DNA of 64,000 nt from Cladosporium halotolerans (Eukaryota). Of the stretch, positions 20,919 through 34,657 are shown in pieces. The DNA lies in contig NW_027191455.1 of NCBI RefSeq assembly GCF_011745625.1, positions 372,001-436,000 on the forward strand. The letters run 5' to 3'. The notes under the pieces are model-generated. The model worked only from the letters and a program-made list of their open reading frames with translations. It did not search any database and was not told the DNA's origin. The stretch's first letter is position 1. Every line of letters starts with the position of its first letter. A program made the translations under genes and the position numbers.

Positions 20919-23900
20919 CTACAACCAAGGCATCCAAAGCAGATCCATCTGCGCCAGCTTCTCCGGATTCGTCGCCTTGGCGACAAAATCGACGACGCTC
21001 TGGTTGGCGGGCAGATTGTTCGCGCCCGGCTCGCGCGCGAGCGCCAGCGCGCGGTTGACGACGGCCTCGGCGTTGCGCTGCACGTTCTCGCGCAGCTCGT
21101 TCTGCTGCAGCGATTGGCGGTGCGAGGTCGTGTACCAGAAGGTGAGCTCGTCGCGGATGAAGATGCTGAGGGCGTGCGAGAGCTCGCAGCTGGTCGGGTT
21201 GTCTGGCGCGGTGGGCGGCGCGGCGGAGGTCGAGGCGTTGGGCTGCTGCGGCGTGGCGCTGCTGGCGGGCGTGCTGGTGGTGTTGTTGCCGCTGCCGCTG
21301 CTGTTGTTGGTCGTGCTGTTGGTGGAGCCGTTGGCCTGTCCTGATGCTGGAGCTGCAGGAGGGGGAGTCGGCGCGACTGTGCTGTAGGAGCTGTCTGCTG
21401 TCAGGCAGCGGGCGATGGCCATCAGAGCGCAGGTGAAGATGCCCTCCTGGTGAATGGGACCCATGAGCTTTTGCAGGTTGGGTGTCAGGCGGAAGGGCAC
21501 AGCTTCATTATTATTGTGGAAGAGCGGACGAGTGGTCGAGAGCTGAGGAAGAAGCTCAGAACCCCAAACATTGCCGTTGCGACGAGCGATGGAGAGCTTG
21601 TTCGGGTAACGCTGAGTCATGTACATCGTGTAAGTGATGTATGTGAGCGCAGCCATCTGGTATGAGAATTGACGACGGAATAGCCAGAAGGCGTCGAAGC
21701 TCGGGAAAGTCCTGGCAAAGTACTCGCGCACAAGGTCGGTGGGTACGTAGCGCTGCTGGATGTAGTTGAGTGCCTCGAGGCGGACGTTGGGGAACTGGTC
21801 TTGCTTCTGCGCCGTGATCGAGCGCATCTTCTCCATAGTGAAGATTAAAGGCTCGTCTTTGCTCATCTCGTTGCGGCGGCAGTAGTCCTCGTAGACACCT
21901 TGCAGCGTAATGTAAGATGCATCATCCTGGATCATGCGAATCTGCGGCGACAGCGGAACCATGACCGGAAGGTGGAACTGCAGGTTGCGCCTGCGGCTCT
22001 CCTTCTTCTTAGCCAGCGTAGCATTGAACATGCGGAACAGCTGGAGGATGCGCTCCTCACGCCTGCTGTGCCTGGGCGCCGGGTGCTGGACAGCGAATGG
22101 GTGCACGCTACCGTCATGACCACGAATCTTGATGCGGCGGTGGCAGTTGGCGACGCCACGCACAAGGTCAACGATAGGCAGGAAACGTTCAATTCTAATG
22201 AAGTCCTGATTCTTATCGCGATGCTGCAGGTACTGCCCAGGAACCTCGACCTCATCGAACCAGACGAAGCGGAATCCGCTCAAATGCGGGACCTGGTCGA
22301 GGTGGAAAGTCGAGGGACGGCGGTCGAGGCGCTCAGCCAGCTTGTCGCGCCATCTGCGAAGCTTCTGCATGTACTCGCTCATGGTTGGTTTCTTAGACAC
22401 AAAGTCCTGCTCGAAAGATTTGCGAATGTGATGCGGCAGGATGGACTCCGCGAAACGAGTGATGTTGGCCTCGGTCTGGGGCGGGAGCTTGCTGTTCTCG
22501 TTGAAGGCGTGCGGCGAACGGCTCACGTAGTTGAGAGCGTCGTTCAGAAGTGCTACTATGAGCCTGTAGGCGTCCTCGTCTGGCGGGCACTTGAAGTACT
22601 TCTGGATCTGCTCGACCATAGCCTCCATAGAAGCGTACAGGAGCGGGAAAGCCGTGCGGAGAGTGATGACGAGCGCTTCGGTGTGCTCCCATGGCTTGCG
22701 TGGCCTCGGTGGCTCAGCAGGTGTAGTAGCAGCATTGGCGTTGGTATTGTTGTTGCCAGGTGTGGCGTTGGCGCCGTCTTGCTGCGACTGCTGCTGTTGA
22801 TTGCCCTGCTGTTGGTTGCCCTGCTGTTGCTGAGTCTGTTGCTGCGCCTGCCCTTGCTGAGATTGCTGTTGCGGCTGCTTCGGCGTACCATCAGCAGAAC
22901 CATTTGCCTGGTTCTGCTCGCCGCCAGAAGTAGTCGGCCTGGAAGCACCCTGGCTATCCGGCCTGGCGGGAGAACCTTCCTTCTTGACGGCATCACCGCC
23001 CGCCTGCTGCTGCTGCGATTGCTGCTGCGCTTGTTGCTGAGCCTGCTGCTTCGCCTTGAGCGCCTTCTCCTTCTGCTCCTTCTGCATCTGCCCGCGGCGG
23101 ATGACCTGCATATCCTCGTGACTCGTGCGCAACTGGAAGTGGAGCGCCTGCGGGTACGTCTTGGCGAGCTTCGCGAGAATCTCCTGGGAGATGTTGGCCT
23201 CTCCCTCGCTGCGGGACAAGTTGTTGAGCAGCTGCGGAATGAAGCTGACCCAGTACCACAGCGGGGTCTCGCCCTTAAAGTTGTTGTACGTCTTGGCCAG
23301 CGTGCCCTCGGGATCGTCCAAGCTGAGCAGCCACAGGATGCGGCTGAGCAGCTTGCGCGACTTGGCGCTCTTGTACTGTCCGGCGGCCTCCAGGTAGCAG
23401 CTGATGGCATTACCAGCCAGCTCGAGATCGTTCGGGTCTTCTTTAAAGAGCTGGTCACTGTATCTACCCCACTCGGCCCAGGCCTTAGGCAGCTTGATGT
23501 CGAAGAACAGGGCGGTGCCGAAGGCGTCCTGCGCGTCCTCTTTCTGGCTGAGCTTGCTAAGGAACATGCCTTTGAGGGTGTAGAATTCCGCCTTCTGCTG
23601 CGGGCCGAAGTAGTTCAGATTGGTATTGTTAATAACGTCCAACCCGCTCGTCAGCTCGCTCCTGTTCTGGTAGTGGCACTTGGCCTGCTCGCGCAGCTTG
23701 AGGAACGCTTCTTGAATCTCGATGTTCGGCAGCGTGTAGATCTTGCTAAGCTGGTTGATGCAGACCTCGGGCATCTGGTGCTTGCGAGCAACGTGAGCGA
23801 AACGGTTGATGATCCAGGCCGTCTCGTGGTACCCGCGGTAAGCGTAGGAGTTGCCCGTCGCATTGCCCGTAGTGGCAGGCAGAAGGTTGAGGTAGGTACC

Positions 23901-26900
23901 GTTGATGAGCTGGAAGATGTGCTGACGCCACGTAACCAAGTCCTGCCAGGCATTGATGTCGTCCCAAAGGTTGGGGAGACGGTCACGCCAAGTGCTCAGC
24001 AGAACCTTCAGCTCCTGACTCTTGACATCCAGGTTGCCAGCGTTTGTCTGAGCCAAGCTCGAACAGATAACGCTAGCATCGTGCAACTCCACAAGCTGCT
24101 GGAAGTTCTGCAGTAAAGTAATATGCGCATTGGTGATGCGGCGCGGCAGCTTGTGCCAGTTCTTGATGGAGAGCTGAATATTCTCATCGCATACGCGAGC
24201 AAAGTCCGGCGGCGTCTCTGTCTTGTTGTGCAATTTGAGCAGCGACATGAACGCCTGGAAGAACATGCGCCTGGGCGTCGGAGCATCGGAGACGGCCTTG
24301 ACGATACTGTCGAGCTGCTCGCGCTGCTCTGCGCTATTCCAAGCCTCGAAGTTGCGCCACATGGCTTCCAGGTAGAGGTCGTTGATGTTCTCGTGCTTCG
24401 CGAAGTCGCCCAGGATCTCCCACTGCTGCAGCTTCTGCGCACATTGGACCCATTGGTCTTCCCAGAGCATGTACTCGCCCTGAGAAAAGGGCAGAGAGCC
24501 AGTGCGAGCCTTGACTTGCGCCATCTCGTACATCTGCTGCGCCTTGTCCCAGATGCCGTTCTGCTCGTAGGACAGAGCAGCGTTGGTCTCAACGAACTGA
24601 GAGCGCCTGCGCCAAGTGCCGTAGAAGAGATCGCTCTCCTCGAGTCTAGCGTAAAGCTCAGTGAGGGCGTCGAGATTACTCTCCTTAACAGTCGGCATGT
24701 CGATGACAGGGTTGATCGCCACGTTTTCCATAAAAGTCGTAGCGGTGTACCACGCATCGTAATTCTGCGCAAGGAACTTCATGACATGCGGCGGGAACTT
24801 GCAGACCGGCTTCGCGCGAGCGATACCCTCAAGAAGTGTCGACACGCAATTCGGGCGCTTGTCGATCTGCCTCTGGTGCATGTCCTTTGTCAGGAGGGAA
24901 ATCAGACCCTGCTCGATATCTTCCCTATCGTCTCTGGACAAGACAGACCAGCACATTGGGAAGTACGCTACCCAAACATCGTGCGCCAGCTGCCAGTCGG
25001 TGTGCTGCAAATCGGACAGCGGGACGAGGATGTCCTTGGCCTTAACGCTGCCGACATCGACCATGAACTGTCTCTCACTGGCGATGAGGCTCTCAAATTT
25101 ATCGTCGAGCATCAACTCCGCAGCCCTCGAATCGCCGCTGTACGTGCCGTAAATTCTCGACGCAGCCATACAAGTGAAGTCGTCCTGGTGCAAACGCAAG
25201 TTCGTACTCTGATCGATCGAGCCAAACATAAGCTGAATGATTTGGCTGAGCCAGAAGCTGTCGCCCAGCACTTCCCACTGCTGCTCGGAGATGAGCTTGA
25301 AGAAGCGGTTGCTGGTTGACCTGCTGAGGGCGCGGTCGAAGATCGTCATGAAGCGCTGCCTCATCTCGATGTCCGGGCTACGGAGACCGATGAGGAAAGC
25401 CTGCTCCATGCGGACGGCGAGCTCGGAGCGGAAGATCTTGGGGTCCTCATAGATGCGGATAACGAGGTTCATGAACTTGGCGTACATAGTGTTGTCCGCT
25501 CGGGTCTCGAAGAGGAGCATCTTCTGCAGCACCGCCGTCTTCTCCTTGAGGGTTGGCACGGGTTCGGTCGGGTTGAAGACCCATGCCTCGACTTGGCTGA
25601 GGATTTTCTCGCAGAGCTTGTTGTCGTTCGACCGCTCAACGAGAGAAGCGAGAACGCTCAAATATGGTCTCCTGCGATCGGCCAATGCGCTGATACATCC
25701 CGACAGCATGTCAATAGTCTTGATGATGAGATTGACAATGACCTCGGACTCCTGCGCGCTAGGCAGATTGGAAGCCTGAAGTCCCTGAGCCGCAGCAGCT
25801 TGAGGGGGCAATTGCGAGCTGAGATGATCCTTTGCCAACTTCGTCTGGAAGGTCTTGAGCAGCGCCTCAATGTGAGGATGGATGTCCTCCGACTTGCGCT
25901 GTGCAAGCGTCCAGAGGATGTTGATACCAGCAATGTGGCTGCCGTTATTCAGAGCGTCGCTGGCGGTCGTGTTGAGGAAAGTCTTGAACTCTTCCGGCGG
26001 GCTCTCGGCATCAGGCAGCTCATCATCAGGCTGCTGCAGGGGAATGACCTCCAACGCGCGGTGCAAGATAGGCGGCAACTTCGGCGACAGGTTCTCAGGG
26101 AGGTCAATGCCGTGCAGCGCCTCCTGAATCTCGAGATTCTCGTTTTTCAAGGGACTAGTGAGCAGCTTCTGCAGCTGCGGTAGACGAGCGACGACCCACT
26201 CATCAGATCTAGAGTTGAGAAGCACCTTCAAGATCTGGATGGTGTTGATGATCCTCGTAGTCCAAATCTCCGCCTTCTCCTCCGGCTTCTGATCAGTGCA
26301 CAGGATCTGCTCCGTGACCTTGGGGAACATGGCGTCCACGTCAAGGTCATCCCACAACGGAGGGGATAGCAGCTTGTAAAGCAGATCGACTGCCTTGACG
26401 ACAGTGTCAGTAGGAGGCGGGTGTATGCTGTGGTGGGAGTGCGGCTGATCCGCGTTCTTAGGAGCTGAGACGGGGTACCGCTCAGGGACCGTCGCAATGA
26501 ACTGCACCAGGTACTTGATGAGCATGAGTCTCATGGGAGCCTGCGCGAGCGCGCCTCGCTTGCCCTGGCTTTGCGGCGAGCCAGCTCTGTCTGCCGAAGG
26601 CGACTCGGCACCCGCAAGCGAACCCTGCTCCCGGACTGTGCGCTCTTCCCATTTGCAGAGGAGTCCGATCAGGTTCAGAGCCAGCTTCCTGTTCTCGCTC
26701 GACGTGTTCGGAAGCGAAGCCACCTTGTTCATCGACGGGATGATAGTCTGCGCAAAGCCCTCGCGCGCTTCGTAGAAGAGATCAGGATGCCTGACCAGGA
26801 AGTGGTAAATGCTGGTCAGCTGCGCGATATTCGAAATCTCTTCGCTAAGAATGCGGCGCGGTAACTTCGACCACATCGCTTGTCTGCCATCAGTACCCCC

Positions 26901-29900
26901 GAGCCGCTTCTTCAGCACAGGCTCGAGGATCTCGAGAGACTGCATGACAAGATTCTTGCCCTCCGCCTGATGAGCGCGCAGCAGAGCACCGTAGACCTGC
27001 AGCGCAATCTTCGGCGGCGTCTCATAACTAGCAATGAAATAAGCAATCAGCGCATAAGCCGCATGCTTGTTGATCACATCATCAAGGCGGATGTAATTCC
27101 AGCCGAACTTGATGATATCCTTGCGGGCATCCTGCAGCATGTTGTGGTGGTACTTGACGAGGAACGCCGTGGTCTGGAGCAGCTCCATGCGAGAGTGGTC
27201 GACGCCTTGCGTCGAGTCGTCCGCGACGTCGCTGTGCGATTGCGGCTTCCAGAGCTTGTTGTGAATCTGATCCGTCATGGCGCGGTCGAGCAGAGCGGTG
27301 CCCTTGTTGCCGCCGAAGAGGCTGTCCCAGTTACGCATGACGTCGTTCGCGAGTATTGGATTGAGCGTGTTGTGGAAGACGAACCATTTCAGGCTCTGGG
27401 AGCTCTGCTTGTTCGTGTACGCATCGATGCAACGACTGATCACAGAGCGCTGGTAATCCAGCGACTCGTTGGTAATCACGTGCTTGTAAAGGTAGGTGTA
27501 AAGCTCGGGGAACCTAGGAAGCTCGCCCGTAGCACAAGCCTCAAGGACGTCGAAGAGAGCATCGAGGTCGTCCGGCTTCTGCTTCAGATACGTCGTCATA
27601 ATCCGCGTGATCTGTTCAGAGCTCTGCACAGCCGCCAAACGCAGCGAGCCCGACAACTTATTCTGCTGATCCGAGGTCTGCAAATTCTTGGCCGCGGTGA
27701 AAAGCGCCTTGCGCAGGTTATCATTGCCGAGCAGCTTGCGGCCCTGCTCGTCAAACTTGCAGATCGAGTAGGCGATGTGGATAGCGTTGGCGGCAGCTTG
27801 AGCTTTCTCTTCGTCGGACCCGCCGGTGGTGAAAAGACCGATGAGATTGTCGGCTTCGCTGATGACCTTCTCGCGGAGTGCGTTGCTCGATTCGTTCGCG
27901 AGGATCTGGGCGAAGAAGCGGCCCTTCGCCTCTTCCTTGATGGCGCCGCTGAAGAAGGTCCAAGCCTCGTTAGAGTAGTGGTTGAGATACTGGATCAAAG
28001 GCTCTCTGAAAGGACTGCTTCGCGTCCTGCGTAGCGATCCCTCGAGCTTGAGCACCCTGTCTACGAGCTCCGGCAGGAATTGCACAGCGGTCGGCGGAAG
28101 CAGATGAAACACGCTGAAAATAGCCGTAACCACCTTCATCTTCGGGTGCGCCTCGATCAACGTGAACGAAACCTTCTGCAAGATCGTCGGATCCGCGATC
28201 GTACGCATGTGGTCGAGAAGACGGGTTCCGATCTCGACCTTGAAGTAGTTCGTCAGCAACTGAAGGAGAGTCCTCAAACCCTCCAGACCCTCGACGCTAA
28301 GCTTGCGCGGATCCTGGACGTTCATGAGAATAGGCCTGAGACCATTCTGTAGCAGATCCTTGGGGAGCTTCTGCGTAGCGGCCAGCACGATCTTCAAACC
28401 CGCGTTCGCAGCCCCCGCAACTTCCTTGTTCTTCGAGTATAAGGACTTGAAGAAGATCGAGATGATGCGAGCGCGATGCTGAGTCTGCTGCTGGGTGTTG
28501 AAAGCAGGGTAGCGGATGGCGGTCGTAAGGAGCCTCAGACACGCGACGCGCAGGTTGACGATAGCCTCCGAATTCCTATGCTCGTATGGCTTCGCGGCCA
28601 AGCTATCGTCGTCCGCGTCGACCAGGGCAAGAGTCTCGTAAAGCAGTCTGTTGAGCTGATCATCGAACGTGAGGACATCGTTCTCCATATCAAGGCAAAA
28701 GTTAATCGCGTCGATGTAGCCGATCTGAGCTGCGAATGGCAGAGCGCGCAGAGGCTTGTTGAAGATAGGCGCCAGGAGCAGGTCCTTGACCGGCTTCACC
28801 ACCTCATGGAGCTTCACGTCGACGCTCGAAGCAATCGTACGGAGTGCTTCCTGAGACGCGTGGCGGACATGCTTGTTCATGTGCGAGACCTCGCCGATGA
28901 CGCGATTGCAAAGAATCTGAATCTTGCTCTCCTTGTCCCCAAGCTGCTCCGCTTTGTAATTAGAAGCGCAGCGTTTGATGTGGTCGATGAGCGTATCCTT
29001 CGCCTGAATGCGAATGCTCGCAGGCAGATCCTGAGGCATGTCCTTGACGACATAGAGCAGCGCACGGACAAAGTCAAGCTGGCGGTCGATCAGGAACCTG
29101 TCGCTGAAATCCATCTTCGAGATGATGATGTGGATGCCAGCCGTGCCGCCAGACTTGACAAACCACTCTTCCTCGTAGCAAGCGTGCACGAACGTCTCCG
29201 CCAGACGCGAGAAGAAGGGCAACTGCTCTGCCTTCTCTTCAGATCCAAAGATAGTCGTAGCAATGGTCTTGCAAGATTGCATCGCCTTCTCAGCCACCTG
29301 CCTGACAGCACCCTGATCAGAAGCCAGAGAATCCGAGATAGCGTCAGCCAGGACACTGGTCTCAATGAAAACAGGCCCTTCGCCAGACCTCGAATCGAAA
29401 GGTCGCTTCCTGTGCTTCTCCTGCCCAAGCGCAGTGCCCAGCTCGACAATCATAAAGTGCCTATACACGTCCTGCAAGAACGCCTTAGCCTCATCCTGCA
29501 GCGCCGGAACCGAGGCGGCGAGCATGCAAGCCTTGAGCAGCTTCAACAGCGTAGCCTGCTGGTCGTCACGTTTCGTAACGGACTTCTCGCGCTCCGACTC
29601 GGCGAACAGATCCTTGCCGGCGTCGTATTTCTTCTCGCAGGTGTCGTTCGCCTGCAGCCTGACGAGCCTCGCGAGATCCTCCGGCAGGTGATCGTGCCCG
29701 ATGAGCATTTTGATATGCGACGTGATGAGCTTGAAGGCCTGCTTCTTGTGGTAGTCGTCCGAGGACTTCGCCGGCCCTTGCTTTGGCGTCTCGCGCATCT
29801 TGTCAACGGCGACGTCGACGCCGAGGCGGGCGGGCATCGCGCGCTCGCGGGTGGAGCCGATCAGGCGGACGTCGAAACTGGGCTCGTCGTCGGAGTATTT

Positions 29901-32692
29901 CTTGTAAGGCAACTCTGGAGGAGCACTCATGAACTTGCGGTTTCTGCCGCCGAGCTTGCCCAGGATGCGCATGGTGGAATGTGCGTGGAAGTGGCTGTAG
30001 GGGCTTGGCTTGAGGTGGTCCCAGAGGGCGGACATCAGCTCGTCGATGACAGGCGCCATAATGGGGTCGAGATAGTCGGCAGTGAGGTTATCTATGCAGA
30101 GCTCGAGGGTGCGAAGACCCTGTGCGATCAGCTCGCTGCCAGCCCTAAGGGCAACGACTAGAGGACGCATCAGGTAGCTCAAGTGCGGCAGGAGATGACT
30201 GAGTCTAGCAGGCACGGTGAGCGAAAGCTCGACGAAAAGATCACGCTGCTCAGGTTTCTGAGCAGAGATCAACAAGTTGTTCAGAACCTCGAGAAGCATC
30301 TCGAGCAGAGGCAAGATCTCCTTGTAGAGGTGCTCAAACCTGCCGCCACCAATACTCCGGAATAGCGACCTCAGAAGCAAGAAGTAGTTCGTCGGATCCT
30401 CCGCAGTCACGGAGAGCTCGATGGACCTGGTTATGAGCTTCGTGACATGCGGTAGCAACACCTGCTCGTTCTGTGGCGCGAACAAAGTGACCGCCATGAA
30501 ACTCAGCTTGAACAGGCGCAGCAAAATCGAAGACTTGAGCGTGTCGTTCGTGCCAACCTCTTCGATCCTGTTCATAAGGAATTGCAGCAGCATGCCGGCG
30601 AAAGCGGGACTGGTAGCCTCACTGGCGAGCAGAAACTGAGGGATGTGCATAAGGCCCGTGTGCTCGAAGCTTTGCTCGTACAGGAACGGGATTTCTGACT
30701 GAAAGACCTCGTGGAAAGTTGCCGGATCGAGGTGGTGGAAAATAGTGGCGAAAGTCTCAAGCAAGTCCTTCTCCTCCTTGCCGCTCGAGGCCATGTGTAA
30801 GCTCGACAGCGTCTCGGGCGAGCCGTCGGACTCGGGCTTTTCCAGATTATAGTATTTGAAGACCTGAGTACCCTCGCGGAAAAGCTTGATCAAAACGTTG
30901 ACCTCCTCAGCGCTGAAACCATACGACAGATCAGACCAGTTGACTGGGACATTGTTCTGATCCATCTCCTCCTTCACCTTAGGAGAGTTCGAGTTGCGCA
31001 GCTGATAAAAGAAAGTCTTCAGGCCGTGTAGCAAGTTCTTGAACAGGAACTTGTTCTCCGTAACCGGGTCCTGGGCTCGATCGCGAGGGTTTACCGTCTT
31101 GATCGGCGTCGCTGAGAAGATATCGATCTCATCCCAGTCAGGCGGGGAGTCCTTGTCGGCCAGATAGTTCTCGGGCACGGCGTCAATGCCAGCATTCGGG
31201 TGCGTCTGCTTCGACAGTTTGACCGCATTAGGGTATTGGCGGTTCATGGCTGCGAATTTGTCCGCGATGCCATTGAGAACGAGCATCATATAATGCCTGG
31301 CGTCTTGCTTATTCTCAATCTTGCTCATGCACTCAGCCATGTTCAGCAGAAGCTTTGCACTCATAGTCTGGTAACTTGTGCCAGGGATGTCGTCGTGCAA
31401 GTTGCGGACATAGACCACGACGGTGGCTCGAATTTGATCGGGCTTGAGGTGATCGCGGACATGGTGAATGAGATCGGCAAGCATCGTGTAGGCCAGCGGT
31501 CGAAGCGTTTCGTAGGAGGTCAATCCATCGCCGACCAGTGTGCGCTCGTCCAGCAGTTCGATGATCTTGGGCAGGAAAATCTGGCGGAAGTTGAAGTTTA
31601 TTATGTGCCTGATAGCCACCAACAGCTCCTTTCTCGTCGCTGATCTCTCGCGTGGGCAGTCCTGGAGAAGTCGGACAACGATGCCAGGCAATTCTTGGAG
31701 GAAGTCGGTGAGCTTGTTCTGGTGCGCTCTAAGCAAATAGGCCAGAAAGCTCATCGTCTTGACCTGGGACGTGATGAATTCGCCAAAAGCAGCCCGATTC
31801 TTAATCTCCTTGGCGACTCCAGTGAAAATCGTCCCGTTCGCCTGAGCCTCCTCGTGAGCAGCTTTCTGAGGGCCAGCCTCGAGCTGGAGGGCGGCCTTGA
31901 TCCTAGGAGTGAACTTGAGGACATTCTCGGGTGCGAGTGCTCGATGGGCCTGAAAGATCGAGACGACAATGATGGGACATTCGGCGACGACCTTGAAAGA
32001 CTGCATTCCCTTGACCAACTGTCGAGTCGTCTGCTGCTCAGCTCCAGGATCGGTTCCAATAGCGGCAGAAGTTGATGCCACGGGGGATCCAGGGCGAGGC
32101 GAGTTGGCGAAAGACGATTCGAGTGCGGAGCCGTCCTTCGCTTGCGCAGAATCAAACGTGTCGTGCACAGTCTGTTGCATGCTGTCGAAAAGCTCCAGAA
32201 TCAGGTCGAGAAAAGGCTGCGCCCGGCTGCTCAGAGCCTTGACATGAAAACGCTCGAAATCCATGATGATCTTGAGACACAGCACGGCATTGTCCTCGTT
32301 CTCAGTCTTGACCAATTCCAAGCACTTGTCCACGATGGCAACGCAGTGTGGTTCTGTAGCTTCGGCAGAGTTCATCGGTAGCCGGTGTAGGATCTCGAGG
32401 ACGCAGTTTCGGATCTTTTGCTCTGGCGAGGTGCTCACGAAGACAGGCGGGGCATTAAGTATGTTGAGCCAAATCGGGACGAATTTCTGAAGGAAGAGGG
32501 CATAGGTCGAGCCCTGGCACCAATTTTCGAGGCCATCGCGAAGACCGGTAAGCGTTTCGATCTTGGTTTTGGCATCTAGTATGACATTGTCAGTATAAGT
32601 GCAATAGATAGCGCGGTCGACGCGCAATGCATACCAGAAGAGGAATCGTTCAGGCGCGCCTCGAGGGCATCCAGGTTGCGGTTGTCGGCCAT
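20919..32692 (-). CDS. TRA1: Tra1/TRRAP PIKK pseudokinase, SAGA/NuA4 scaffold subunit
   Basis: ~3900 aa. N-terminal SFKVVAECPIIVVSIFQ, FAT region YRGYHETAWIINRFAHVARKH, PIKK-like RREERILQLFR / VPFRLTPNLQ, FATC end LAQMDLLWMPWL. True start MADNRNLD at 32692, intron 32576-32634. Confidence 0.97.
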
Positions 32693-33485
32693 GGCGCGCT
32701 GGCAAGAAGTGTAATGCGCCTGGAGATGGTGAAAGAAGACGCGCTATCGCATTACGATGCTGATATATTCCACCGACAAGGCTGATCGCGTGCCAGGTAT
32801 GTGGCGGTAGCCCTCAGGCTCCAATGTGGTGCGCGGCAATGAGTGGTCGTGTGAAGCCGTCGGTTGCTAGAATTGCGGTTGTGCAGGCGTGTCGCGCGAG
32901 GCAGCCAGTGAGATGAGTCGGATAGATGAGGCGATCGAGTAAACGAGGAGCACGGCACAGTAAAGTGGTGCTGTAGTGAGGGGTAGTCGGGTGGAGGTGG
33001 TGCGACCGCAAGGCTGCGCGGGTGTAAGGTGAAGGTGGGAGAGTGCCGCAAGTGTGCAGCTGGTAGGATTGGGTGTGCCTTCACGCGCGCAAAGCGAGCC
33101 TCTCTCCAAAAGCTTCCGACGCGGCGATGGCCAGGTGAAAGAGCCGGCAACTAATGCACGGCGTCCCGCTCCGCTGCGGCCCCAGCATGGAAGACGGGCC
33201 GTTTGACGCTAATCACGGACGGGCTGATCCCCTCGGGGTAATGATCGTCATCTTTCGCTCACAGAACAGAGCCGGTGAGCTAGAACGTGCTCTGTGATGG
33301 TATAGAACATGTCCTATGATACAAATAGATAGCATGTGGATGGCGAGAGTGGAGGGCATTCTAGTGAGATCAGATGAAACTAAGACGAAACACAGAGCAG
33401 CCCACAGCTTGCTCGCGAGATCTTTTTCTTAAACGTTTAGAGCATAAGCTTTCACTATCACACCAAAGAGACCCATCGTCGTCAT

Positions 33486-34657
33486 CTACAGCTTCGCCTT
33501 GCCAATATTGTAAATCTGCGCCTCGCCCGGCGCCTTCCCGTGCTCGCTCTTCGGATCAGCGCTAGGGTCGCCGATTGGCCGGCCTACAATATCAGGCTCG
33601 GGCTGCTGGTCGACCACCAGGCTCTGAGTCTTGGCCAGCGTGTCGAGGGCCTCCTTTTCGATGCGGTGCACCAGGTCGTGGCACGTGGGGATGTCGTGGA
33701 TTAGGCCGATGACCTGGCCAGCTGTCCAGACCTAATAAAGAAGGCCAAGTTAGCAATTGTGGCAATACGAGCGAGGAAAGATGGCAGGGAACGTACTCCA
33801 TAATCTTTATCGCCATTCAAAAACACCTCCCGCCCCCTCTTGCCCGAAACGTACGGCGCGACCTCCTCGAACTTCCCCGTCGTGCTCTCCCTCTCCACCC
33901 TGACCGCGTCCTCCGTCACCTTGTTCTTGAACAGCCGACTCGTGTTTTTCCACCGCCTCAGCACAAGCTCCGTATCCGTCTCCTGCGCCTCGACGATCGC
34001 CTTCTTGATATTCTCGTGGATCGGCGCCTCGACCGTGCACATGAACCGCGTGCCCATGTTGATGCCCTCGGCGCCCAGGCTCAGCGCGGCCGCCAGGCCC
34101 TGGCCGTCCGCGAAGCCGCCGGACGCGATGAATGGCACGGGCATGGTCTGGCGGGCGCGCGAGAGGAGGATGAAGTTGGTGATGTCGGACTCGCCGACGT
34201 GGCCGGCGCACTCGAAGCCGTCGATGGAGAGGAAGTCGACACCGAGTTTGACGGCGCTGAGCGCGTGGCGGATCGTCGTGCACTTGTGCAGGATGACGCA
34301 GGGCGGGTTGGCGGCCTTGAGTTGTTTGATGATGGGGCCCGGGCTGTTGCCGGCCGTCTCGACGATGCGGATGCCCTCGTCGAGGACCACTTGGGCGTAC
34401 GCGCCGTAGTCCGGGGGCACCATGGCGGGGAGGAGGGTGAGGTTGACGCCGAAGGGTTTGGAGGTCATTTGCTTGCAGCGGCGGATTTCCTTGCGCAGGT
34501 CTTCGGGCGAGGGCTGGGTTAATGCTGTGATGAGGCCGAGGCCGCCGGCGTTGGAGACGGCGGAGGCGAGCTCTGCGTAGCCAACCCACATCATGCCGCC
34601 TTGGACGACGGGGATTTTGATACCCAGCTTGCGGGTGAGCGCTGTATTGAACGGCAT
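33486..34657 (-). CDS. Nitronate monooxygenase / 2-nitropropane dioxygenase family FMN enzyme, predicted peroxisomal
   Basis: IPVVQGGMMWVG, SIDGFECAGHVGE, IASGGFADGQGLAAALSLGAEGINMGTRF. Intron 33732-33796 joins DYG to VWTAGQVIGLIHDIPTC; protein ends ...GKAKL*. Confidence 0.92.
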
